Assembly (NCBI GenBank): GCA_010093995.1
Contig: ML992502.1
Location: forward strand, 1,770,312 to 1,834,311
Direction: 5' to 3'
DNA length: 64,000 nucleotides
From: Elsinoe ampelina
Taxonomy: Eukaryota
This document shows positions 49,163 to 59,164 of the stretch, piece after piece (position 1 is the first letter of the stretch; each line of letters starts with the position of its first letter). Below the pieces are notes generated by a model that had not been told where the DNA came from, did no database searches, and worked only from the letters and a program-made list of their open reading frames with translations. The position numbers and the translations under genes were made by a program.

Positions 49163-51233
49163 TCAGAATGGGTATCCGCCCGGCGCGCCCCTGCGTCCCT
49201 GTCCGCCGAACGGGTTCCCGCCGCCGCCACCAAAATGGAATTGCGGGCCTCCGCCGCCACCTCCCATGCCCCCTCCGCCACCACCAAACATGTTGAACAG
49301 CATTTCTGGAGGAATGCCGCCCATGCCACCGCCCATACCGCCCATGCCTGCTCCGCCAAACATATCCGAAGGATCGACCAGGTCTTCGCCAGAGTCATAT
49401 CGCGCTCTCTTTTCCGAATCTGATAGTGTTTCGTACGCTTCACCAACGTCTTTGAATTTTGCTTCGGCGGCTGGATCGTCAGGATTCTATGTTCGTCAGT
49501 GCTCGGTCCAATTTCCCCATGACTGAAGCTTCCTCACCTTGTCAGGATGATGAATGATAGCCAGCTTCCTGTAAGCCTTTTTGATCTCACTGTCCCCTGC
49601 GTCCTTTTCAACCCCCAGAATCTTGTAGTAGTCCTTCCGCTTGCTCTTCTTGAGCTCGAGCTCGGCTTGCCGTACTTCCTTTGCAATGCCAGGTTCCGAC
49701 GGGTTCTGTTCTGCGATATCCTTGAGTACTCGCACCGCTTCCTCCCAATCCCCATTCTCTCCCAGCGCCTTTGCACGTGTCTTCTTCGCTTTCGTGTAGG
49801 TAGGGTCAAGCTTGATGGCCGCGTCGCAGTCCTCAATCGCCTTTGTCCATTGTTTGAGCTTGGTGTAGCATAGTGCGCGGTTCTGTAAGATTTTGCTGTT
49901 GGTCCCTTTGTTCAAAGGATCAATCGAGAGTGCGTCCGTGTATGTCTCTACAGCTTTTTGGTATCTGCCCAGCTTAAAGTGTGTGTTGCCTTCTTCTTTG
50001 CCCTTCTCTAGCTTTTGCACCATTCGCAGGTATCTGACAGCGGCTTTGAAGTCAGGGTCGCAGGCGAGTGCTTGTCTGAAATGCTGGATTGCTTTCTCGT
50101 TCTCTCCTTGTCCATAGAGAGCGCGACCTCGGAGGACCATGGCGTCTGGATCTGCGCTGTTGCTTCGTAACATGGACATGGCGATATTTGAGGCATCCCC
50201 AAGCGCGTTGACATTGCCCATCTTTAGATAGGCTTCTGCCCGGAGTAGCTTCCATTTTCGCGGCTCGTATTGCCCAGCTCCAAGTCCTCGCACTGCCTGA
50301 TCGAGAGCGTAGATAGCCATACTGCCTGACCCACCATCTTTGATCAATTGCTCTGCTTGCGAGATATGCGACTTCATTGTGGTTGCTGGCGCTTTGTCCT
50401 TCGCAGAGGCTGGTGGGTTGATTCGATCGTATGTTCGAAGTGCTTCATCTGGTTCGCCTAGGGATGTGTGGATTCGCGCCAGTCGTAGCAGTGTCTTTGG
50501 GTTGTCAGGCTCGATAGAGTCGGCCGCCTTGCAATCTTCCAATGCTTCTTTGTAGTTCCCAGCTGACATCCATGCTGCGGCGCGATTCGACCTGTAAGTG
50601 GCAGACGAGGGATCTGCTTCCACGGCTGGACATGACAGTCAGTCTCTGATCAGCGCTCCCATCGACTAGCGAGGACGTTCCCTTTGTATACTCATCTATT
50701 GCCTTCTGCCACTCACGTGCCTTGAAAAACTTGTTACCCGTTGCCTTGAATGCTTCTGCCGCCTCGGTGTCTATCTCATTCTTGGGTGACTCTGCGTGTG
50801 GAGGTGGTGCTGGCGCGCCATTTGGCTGTGCATCATCCAACTTTTCTACTTTATCGCCATTGACTCCATTTGTGTGCGGCGCTTGGGCTGGGCTTGAAGG
50901 CGCCGACGAGCCCATCTGCTCATCTTCCGACATTATGGTATACTGCGCACTCGATCTCGACCACGACGACAGGCGACGAAGCTCCTCCGGTGGTAGATTG
51001 AGCGGATGCTCAGGTTGGTACTTTGTTGGAGAGCGGCGAGAGCTGCGGGGAGTGGAGGCGGAAAAAGAGTGAGATTTTGAAGGTCGGTCTCTTTGTATGG
51101 AGGCCCTGCTCTTGCGATCCTGCTTCTCTGGAGATCTCGACAGCGATCTCAAGCTTGTAGTGGGAGAGTCTGGCTCTAGGTCGTCGGAGGGTGTGGCTTT
51201 GTTCTTTCTGGAAAAGAGTTTTGGCAGCACCAT
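49163..51233 (-). CDS. TPR + J-domain co-chaperone (DNAJC7/Tpr2-like), 3 exons
   Basis: Multiple TPRs ([29 protein letters not shown]), DYYKILG..HPDK J domain, G/F-rich tail; introns 50626-50680 (apparently GA-AG) and 49487-49537. Confidence 0.9.
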
Positions 51234-51269
51234 TGAGTAGATTCCAATTGCTTCGGGAGCAGCGGGGGA

Positions 51270-51312
51270 CCTGAGCCTGTCCTGAGCCTGTCCTGAGCCT
51301 GTCCTGAGCCTG
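51270..51312. repeat. 11-bp minisatellite (CCTGAGCCTGT)x~4 just upstream of the DNAJC7-like start codon
   Basis: Units at 51270, 51281, 51292 and 51303 (last lacks final base). Confidence 0.85.
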
Positions 51313-51897
51313 AAAGAACGGCGTCGAAATTGGTTCAACACGGGCTGTTCCGAGACTTGCAGGAATGGTGCTTCGTAGAGGGACCCTCACAGCTCTTTGT
51401 CTCGGTCTCTCCAATGTCTTCTCTTTCTATGCAGAGGTGAAGTTCACCTGTCACAAACTTTCCGAGGACCTGCAATTTCCTTGTCGGTGACGATCATGCC
51501 AGAGCGCCAACCATCCACACAGGCTTTGTCAGTTTGTCTGTGCGAGAGATTTCGCCAATGTCTTTGCCGAACCCACTCTTTGGAACTTTCTGGAAGAGAT
51601 GCAGTGTTGGAGGCGGGTAAATGCTGTCGCTTCCCGGAAGCAATTGAAAAGGCAAGTGTATGAGGTGTTGTCTGTCGAGTCAATGCACAGAGTGAACGAA
51701 TGCAGAAGATCAAGGTTTGTGTGACGAAAAGCACATGAAGAGTCCGTTGCCTCCCACCAAGGCGTGTACGGGCAGCCAATAGGCAAAGATTCTCGCCATG
51801 TGGTCCAATGACAGCGATTAAGCCCCAAAAGCATCTTTCCATGATACAACACATGCTATCAATTGAATTGGGTATCTCAGGTCATCATTCATAATCG

Positions 51898-53847
51898 CTA
51901 TGCAAGTACAAGATCAACAAATCCGTCCAGGACGTCGTCAAAATCCCACCGTCCACCAGTGGAACCTCGAAGCACTTGCTCCTTCACCAGGCCCAACTTA
52001 TCTGTCCCAGCTGGTTGACCCTGTTTAGCTCGCCAGTCTCGTTCGGCTTGCTCCGCTGCTCTTTTGATGATCAACTCCTCGTCTTCTACCTTGTATAGGT
52101 CGCACCTATCACATTCCTGGCATCTGCCAACGGATAGGCGGAAATGTTGGCAGAAGTGTGCATACCCTTCCTGTCCAATAGGCGATCGACAGATGTAGCA
52201 CATTGAATACCCGCATGGACATACCAACTTGTTGCAGCCTGTACTCTTGACAAAGCTAGTATTGCAGCGAGGACAGGTCCTCTTCACGACTGCTGTGGTT
52301 GCGGCCTCGATGGCATGCCGAAGGGATTTCTTGGCTGTTTCGTAACAAATGTGAGGATCCTGCCAGCGAACCAGACAGACACTGCACGAAGCGACCTCAC
52401 AATCGGGCGATCGGCATTCAAATCTGAGGCCGGTCCTTCGACGGAGGATGCGCTTGTGGGAGAGACCAAAAGAGGTGCCGCACAGCACCGATAGAATCCA
52501 CACGGCAATGTGAAGAATCGGTAGGAGGGACATGACTGTGACGATCGCGAACAGATCCACGAGACCGACCAGACTACCCTTCGAATACCCGTAAAGAGTG
52601 ATCAAGCGGCTGGAAATGCCATGTGGGCCCGCCATCTCAAAGCCTGGCGTTTCGTCGACTTCGGCGTACGAGCAGAATGGGCATCGCAGCAATGGCATTT
52701 TGCACTTGTCCAGGTTATGTTGCGCTATGCGATCCGTGAATTGCCGGTAAGTTGCAAGCCCGTCCGTCGAGCTAGTCATGAGAGCTCTCTTGACAATGTT
52801 ATTAGGTATGCAACTGTTGCAGTCATCGGTCGAAGGAGCCAGACAATGAATCGCCATCTTGTTGACGTCGACCGTCTTGGCCCAGCCCTGCCCAAAGAGC
52901 GCTTCGTTCAGCGTATAGCGGACGCATTGAAAGCAGACCAGATGAACACCAGACGAGCATGCCGCCAGCTCTTCAAAGACGACTAAAGAGTAGCAGCATT
53001 CACACTCGAAAAGAGCGTCATACCTGGCAGCCTCGGCTTCATTGAGCTCCCGCGCGAGCACATTGTCATTCTCCATCCGTTTCTCATCGGACTTTCGAAC
53101 CAGAGGAGCAATGAAGGCTTGGTATAGTTCATGATTGAGTTCATGACTGTCGGTCTGCCTGAGGTATGGAATTCTCGGTCCTTCATCTCCGTAAGGCGCT
53201 TGCCAATTGATTAAAGGATGATTGACCGCATCATCGGCAATGGCTTTCTTGCTCCAGAGGTTGGTGAGGTAAAATCGCCATGATTTCGAGGATAGTTGTT
53301 GGAGAACCGGACGACTGTCAGAGTATGAAGAGTTGTGTTCGGCAAGCACTGCTTTGATGCTCGCGTGACTAAGGCCTTTGAATTCGGAATAGAGGGCAGC
53401 CTTGACAGCCTGTCGATATGCCGCACTTCGGAATGTCTCTTGGTATGACATGGCCATTTGTTTCCGTTCACTTATCCTTGGTGCTTCTTTAGCCTTGCTC
53501 TTTCTCTCGTCCTTTTGAGTCTTGTATCTACCTCTCACCCACTTTCCTTTGTCTTTGAGCAAGTGTTCGGTCACGACCTCGACTCTGCTTTCCTTGCTGA
53601 CGTTCAGCAGCATTTCTCGGAAGACCTCGGATTGAACGTCGGGAAAGACTTCTGCAAGAAGTGCAAGACACTTGTTGAGGTCTTGAAGGTCTTGATCGAG
53701 GTGATCCCTGACATCTGTGGGCTGAGGTTGTGCGAGTACCCAGCTCCCCTTCTTCAGCTCCTCCGTAGGTAGAACAGAGTTCCCAACCTGTGAGGACGAT
53801 TGGTGGGGCAAGCGCGGACGCCCTCGAGAGAAAGGTAAACTGAACAT
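51898..53847 (-). CDS. RBR E3 ubiquitin ligase, RNF216/TRIAD3-like, with CUE-like N-terminal repeats
   Basis: LAEVFPDVQSEVFREML, FECECCY..C..H..CFQC, RCPFCSYAE, KRTCPRCNTSFVKSTGCNKLVCPCGYSMCYICR, YAHFCQHF. Confidence 0.9.
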   Translation of the reverse strand: MFSLPFSRGRPRLPHQSSSQVGNSVLPTEELKKGSWVLAQPQPTDVRDHLDQDLQDLNKCLALLAEVFPDVQSEVFREMLLNVSKESRVEVVTEHLLKDKGKWVRGRYKTQKDERKSKAKEAPRISERKQMAMSYQETFRSAAYRQAVKAALYSEFKGLSHASIKAVLAEHNSSYSDSRPVLQQLSSKSWRFYLTNLWSKKAIADDAVNHPLINWQAPYGDEGPRIPYLRQTDSHELNHELYQAFIAPLVRKSDEKRMENDNVLARELNEAEAARYDALFECECCYSLVVFEELAACSSGVHLVCFQCVRYTLNEALFGQGWAKTVDVNKMAIHCLAPSTDDCNSCIPNNIVKRALMTSSTDGLATYRQFTDRIAQHNLDKCKMPLLRCPFCSYAEVDETPGFEMAGPHGISSRLITLYGYSKGSLVGLVDLFAIVTVMSLLPILHIAVWILSVLCGTSFGLSHKRILRRRTGLRFECRSPDCEVASCSVCLVRWQDPHICYETAKKSLRHAIEAATTAVVKRTCPRCNTSFVKSTGCNKLVCPCGYSMCYICRSPIGQEGYAHFCQHFRLSVGRCQECDRCDLYKVEDEELIIKRAAEQAERDWRAKQGQPAGTDKLGLVKEQVLRGSTGGRWDFDDVLDGFVDLVLA

Positions 53848-54169
53848 GGTAACGGATCACCCCGTGTCGCTTCGAGTCGAGTGTGTCATGCTAAATGCAT
53901 GAGGCCAGGACCGGCCAAAAGATACTTCGCAGACCGCTGGCTGTCGTGAGATAATGGGGAATAGATGTGGTTCTGTTGGTGCAGAAGATGGAAGAACGAT
54001 ACAAATGACAAAGTGACGGAACCTTGTATGGGGAAAAGTGGGCCTCCCGGAGCCGCATCACATGGCTGCCCCGCAGTCTGGTTCGATCGCTCCTTGCGGT
54101 TGTTACTCAACACTTTATCGCAGAACATATACACCAGTCTAGCCACGACGAGTCCCAACGAATTTGGTC

Positions 54170-54733
54170 ATGGTGCAAGCATCAATTTACTTCGGGTATG
54201 GCTCAAACTTGTGGAAACAACAAATGCGGCTGCGCTGTCCGGAATCAAAATACCTGGGAGTCGGCCGTCTGAACGGCTACAAATGGATCATCAATGATCG
54301 CGGCTACGCCAATGTTGTTGAAGTCTCCAAAGATGATTCTATCACAATCGACTACTCATATGGCCTGGTCTACTGCTTGAGTCCATCTGATGAGACAAGA
54401 CTGGATGGCAACGAGGGTGTCCCGGTGGCTTACACCAAAGAGTATCTCGAAGTCGAATTTTGGGAGTCTCACGACGGCAAGCCTGTTGATCGTTCAGAGA
54501 AGTCGGAGAAAGTCAAGATGCTGGTCTACATCAGCAGAGACAGGACCAAGTCTGACAGACCTAAACACGAGTACGTCTACAGGATGAATCAGGGGATCAG
54601 AGACGCCGTGGCATCTGGTGTACCTCAAGCTTATGTCGATGATGTCCTACGCAAGTATATACCGGACAAGACGGACGATGAGGTCGCAGCTTTGGCACAA
54701 AAACAAGCTCTCCGCTTCGAGGACGAGAATTGA
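54170..54733 (+). CDS. Gamma-glutamylcyclotransferase (GGCT/GliK-like)
   Basis: YFGYGSNL, RGYANV, YGLVY.L, LD.NEG catalytic Glu, P..EYVYRMN.GI. Confidence 0.88.
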   Translation: MVQASIYFGYGSNLWKQQMRLRCPESKYLGVGRLNGYKWIINDRGYANVVEVSKDDSITIDYSYGLVYCLSPSDETRLDGNEGVPVAYTKEYLEVEFWESHDGKPVDRSEKSEKVKMLVYISRDRTKSDRPKHEYVYRMNQGIRDAVASGVPQAYVDDVLRKYIPDKTDDEVAALAQKQALRFEDEN

Positions 54734-55433
54734 GTGAGGCGCAATCACTCAGCATCCCGCCCCACTTAGGAATCTGCATTGTGCTCCGAACATATTATAC
54801 TTGAGTCATCGTGCAAGTGAGCCAGCCGCGTTACGCCACCCGCATTCTGTCGTCGATTCAAGCTTGCGATCTCAAGCTCTTGCTTTTTCCCCACCATGTG
54901 TGCATCTCAAAACGAGCGGGACTGGAGACCTTTGCTTTTTCATCTGATGGACTTTTTAGCTGCAGAAGTGTGCAGGTGTGCAATCGCTAGCACGTAGCCA
55001 CCCGGAGCCCTTCCGGTCAACCCGCGTCCTCCATTCCAACGTTCGTTGGAGATTGCGACTACTGCATGCCAGCTGCCAATCTATGCATGCTGTTCACGCC
55101 ACGCGCAGAGTTTAGATCGAGCACTGTCTACAACATCGTCAATCGTCTTTGCTGACCGCCCGTCCGCCCAGGATCCTGGGAAACCTCACATCAAATACCC
55201 TATTCCATTACCCGCTGACGAACGTGGCTGCATGTGTTAACGACCGCCGGTCTGCCGTTTGTCGTGCACATGGTAAGGCCACCTTCTTGCCATGGGAGAC
55301 CTCTGCCGGGGTACTCCACGTGTCTAGGGTCCTCCTTGATAAGACCCACGCAGATGGTACTCTTCGAACCTGGTTTCGAATACCTCACTACTCATGCTCC
55401 TATTACAGGTCAGCATTTACCTGTCGCCCGACC

Positions 55434-56769
55434 ATGAACGGCTTATACGGTCGAGCGAGTGAGAACCTCGGACCTCTCTTCATCAGCCTGACATCCACTT
55501 TAACACTATTGTCGCTCTGCACATTGCTTTTCCGCTGGACAGTGAGGATCAATCGGAGAAACCCATGGTGGGACGACTACGCGATCACCTTGACGGTGGC
55601 TCTAGCTATTGCAAGGACTGCCATCCAGATTGCGACTATACCGCATGGCAATGGTAGACACTACGAGTTCCTCTCAGTCTCCCAGCAGTGGAGCATCAGC
55701 AAGCTCGGCTACTTTACACAACTCACATGGTTTCCAGCAAGTGGTCTGATCAAAGTCTCGATATGTCTGCTGGTCTTGAGGATAAGAACGACCAAGCTGT
55801 TGAGGCGGATGCTTTATCCTATCATGCTCGGCGCAATCCTACTGAACGGTATGCCGTGGATTGTGTTGCTTGTGGAATGCAGGCCTCTCCGTGCTCATTG
55901 GGACCGAGAGCCGGTACATGTTGGCAAAGTCCGAGCAAGACATATCTGATATATGCATCCATTGGTAGGTCAGAGGCTCTCCCGGCGGCATTCATTGATG
56001 AGTACAGGCTACAACGTCACGACTGACCTGATCTGTGCATCACTCCCTGTCATTGCCGTGTGGAACTTGCACCTCAAGAGGTCGCGCAAGCTGCTGATCT
56101 ACGCATTGGTATTTCTCGGGTTGACGTGAGTCCAAATCTAGATCAAGTCTTGCAGTACTGATCTTTTCAGTGCAGCTGGATGCTCTGTTGGTCGTGCAAC
56201 AGCACTCTCGCTAGACCCAATGGATTCTACCTGTAGGTCTAGACGGCAGCTAACACATGACAATTCGCTCACATGACTACAGGGACATATTGTATCGCGG
56301 CGTTGTGGTCCAAGTCAGTATACTGCGTGGCCTATGAGCATCAGTGCTAAACAACCCTAGCTTCGAGCTCCACATCAGTATCATCTCTGTCAACTCCACC
56401 ACTATCCCGGCATTCATCGTACTACTACGAGGGCGCTTCAACAGTACCAGCCCTCCGAAAGTCCGAGGCAGAGCTGTCTTCGACAATGACCCTGATTCGT
56501 TCGGGCACATCGCTCATCCTACCAGCATGTCTGTCACCTGTCGAAGAGACTCGAGCGCTCCGTCACCGGACCATTTGTTCTACTCAAATTTCCAAATGGC
56601 AAACAAAAGAAAAGAGTCCGGCATTGTTGTCACACAAAGCTTTGAGCATGAAGTCGAGCTTGAGTCTCGTGCTCACAGTCAGAGTGACTTGATCGAGCCT
56701 TTACCTAAGTTACCCGACAGGGTTTATTCTTCGAGCAGTACTAGGACGGCAGTGTCCGGGGCGTCCTGA
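55434..56769 (+). pseudogene. PTH11-like integral membrane protein with one frameshift (pseudogene or sequence error), 5 exons
   Basis: WWDD, GNGRH, IKVSICLL, CRPL.AHWD; the frame must shift near 55905-55912 to continue as AGTCW..; four canonical introns follow and keep frame (DLICASLP, WSNFELHISI). Confidence 0.7.
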
Positions 56770-56948
56770 TGGGCTGGAAACCCGTGGCCATCGATTGGAT
56801 CCTTGGGCCTGTGGCAAGCGATAGAGTGAGCTCTCCACAGTATTTGTAAAGAGAATCAGATTATCAAACAGTAAGAGTCAAATGTAACTTCCCATGGTAC
56901 TCCCAAATCATGATGGTGTTGTCAAAAAGATGCTGTCTCCTCCCCGAT

Positions 56949-56955
56949 TGAGTCA
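56949..56955. promoter_or_regulatory. Gcn4/CpcA (AP-1-like) element TGAGTCA upstream of the bZIP gene
   Basis: Exact TGA(C/G)TCA match about 150 bp before the bZIP ORF; a single 7-mer, so chance occurrence is possible. Confidence 0.35.
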
Positions 56956-57103
56956 CCGCACGGGTGGGGCAGTGCCAGGGTACAAAAGAGCGTTCTTCCC
57001 CACCTACCTCTCTAAGGTACTCTTCATACCTTTCGATCACTTCCACTCACTTCATCATCTTTGTCACCTTCTCCGGGCCTCGTGACAGAGAGGCCCTCTT
57101 TTC

Positions 57104-57766
57104 GTGCATTTAGACGACAATCAGACACAGGAACAATGTGTGCTTGTAGCAGGTTCTTCGTCCTCTTCTGGCAACCCAGCCAGTCTTACGCAGCAAACGA
57201 TCCGCCCTGACCAGACTCAAACGTTCGACTTCCATCAGGGCTTCGATCTCGATGCCTCGTCCTGGGATTATCTCAATAGCTCATACTCGAACGACCTATA
57301 TCCACTTGACAGCCTCTTCCCGCCAACCACTTTCGACCTACCTGTTACTACAATGACCGACATGGCGGTTATGAATGCAACCTCGCACGACTCGACACCC
57401 TTACACGATTTTCCGCTTGATTTCATGGTATCTACCATATTATCGACTTCAACTACATCCCCAGCTTTGCCAATGACCTCTGCCTCCACTGGTTCCGGAC
57501 TCAGCTCTCCTTCATCTTCTTCTATACAAGCCTCTTCCTCGTCCACAAAACGACGTGCTGAACACTCGATCGATGAATCAGTAGTCGACAAGCGACGAAG
57601 AAACAATGCCGCAGCAGCAAAGTACCGCCAGAAGAAGGTCGACCGCATCGCCACTCTCGAGGACGAAGTTCGGCAAGTATCCAAGGAGCGTGACGAGTTG
57701 AGGCTTCAGCTTGCTCGGCGAGATGCAGAGATCGAAGTACTCCGCGGTCTGTTGAAGAGGGATTGA
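57104..57766 (+). CDS. bZIP transcription factor, IDI-4/JlbA-like; start codon uncertain
   Basis: C-terminal KRRRNNAAAAKYRQKKVDRIATLE..ERDELRLQLARRDAEIEVLR; acidic/aromatic N-terminal region; first in-frame ATG only at 57353. Confidence 0.82.
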   Translation: MHLDDNQTQEQCVLVAGSSSSSGNPASLTQQTIRPDQTQTFDFHQGFDLDASSWDYLNSSYSNDLYPLDSLFPPTTFDLPVTTMTDMAVMNATSHDSTPLHDFPLDFMVSTILSTSTTSPALPMTSASTGSGLSSPSSSSIQASSSSTKRRAEHSIDESVVDKRRRNNAAAAKYRQKKVDRIATLEDEVRQVSKERDELRLQLARRDAEIEVLRGLLKRD

Positions 57767-58723
57767 TGATGCTTCCTATGACTGGTCAGGTCGTCTTCCT
57801 TCAGGCAATTCCTCTTCCTGGTAGGACGTCGAATCGTACTCGGACGATGTCGGTTTTGTTCTTCATCAAAGCGTTCCGTTCGGCAAATTATCATCATGGC
57901 ACTGTTTGTTATGGATGGGGTTATGGATAGCTCACATCATTGTTCTTTGATCTGGTCGAGTCTTTGCGCTCCCAATAGCAAGCAAGCGAGTTTCGTCTCT
58001 TATACAAAGCTACATACCTACTCTCCTGGCCATCTGATAACCTACAGCCCACTGTCAGTATGATTGATCATGGCTCAGAACAAGTCAGCACGATGTGCTA
58101 GGAGCTGCCCGCCCTGGTACCGGAAACATCCTCAGCCCTCTCTTCGCATCAAAAGGCGCCAAGCTTGCTATGGCTCATCTAGGGCCAAGGATGAATCATT
58201 CTGAACCATTATTATGAGCAAAGATGTACCAGCTCAACACGTCAGGGACCTCTCGGACCTCGTGACGTAGAGTGACAGAGCTCTGCAATCGGAAGTTATG
58301 GTCTACCTACATGGGAGGCCGGCACTAGAGCGAGTGCCTCGACAAGTTGACTGTTGATCTCTCTGCGTCTTTCTTATAGCCACTCGATCTGAGCCCGCGG
58401 AAGGTAGAGCGAATACTTTGCCATGATCGAGCCGCTCGGTTGGCCACTCTCATACTATCTGTCAGATGAGCCTCAATGACATGCAATGTCGGCAGCAGCC
58501 GCAATACCAGAATGCTTGGAAAGATCTGGCTTATGAAAGTGGGGTGATCGACCAGGAACACCCGGCAATCGTCGATCTGCCGACAGCCGGCGTCCAATCA
58601 ATTTACGTGTCATTCGTGATTACGCTCAAAAGGCAGCGCTGCCCCGCGTTTCCTCCTCACTTCAACCTCACGTCTCACCGCACAATCAACACACAATTTT
58701 ACAACACATCTCACACTCTCAAC

Positions 58724-59164
58724 ATGGCCGCTGTCTGTCCCGTCATCGGTACGACCACCTCGGTTCTTCCTCCGAACCACCCCGCTCTCTCAGACGACCC
58801 CGAGGCTCGCTGCCCCATCACCAACGCCAAAGTCGACCACCACAACAGCATCATCCACTCCCACCCCAGCGCACCTGCCGTACCGGGCGATGCCGAAGAG
58901 GCGAGGAACGCAACCAACTGCCCGGCCTTGAAGAACGCCAACAGCAAGAGCACCATCACCGACGCTACCTGCCCCGTCGTCGGCCCAGTCTCGGCCATGC
59001 TCCCCCCTGAGCACCCCGCTTTGACCGAGGAGGAGGCTGGCAAGATCTGCCCCGTCACCAACGCTACGCTGGAGCACCATAAGAGCAAGGTCCATGCTCA
59101 TCCTGGCGTGGCCAAGGATGCTGCTGCTCAGTCTTGCCCTGTTGCTGGGGCGAAGTGGAACTAG
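58724..59164 (+). CDS. Small internally duplicated Cys-Pro/His-rich protein of unknown function (146 aa)
   Basis: CAACATGG context after an A/C-rich leader; strong C-ending codon bias; two repeats each with three CP motifs and LPPxHP, HH, HxHP. Confidence 0.85.
   Translation: MAAVCPVIGTTTSVLPPNHPALSDDPEARCPITNAKVDHHNSIIHSHPSAPAVPGDAEEARNATNCPALKNANSKSTITDATCPVVGPVSAMLPPEHPALTEEEAGKICPVTNATLEHHKSKVHAHPGVAKDAAAQSCPVAGAKWN

Noticed and set aside
45382..54733. Secondary-metabolite cluster (P450, DJ-1, GliK-like GGCT)
   Set aside because: No NRPS, PKS, terpene or isocyanide synthase backbone in the window; the genes are interleaved with housekeeping genes
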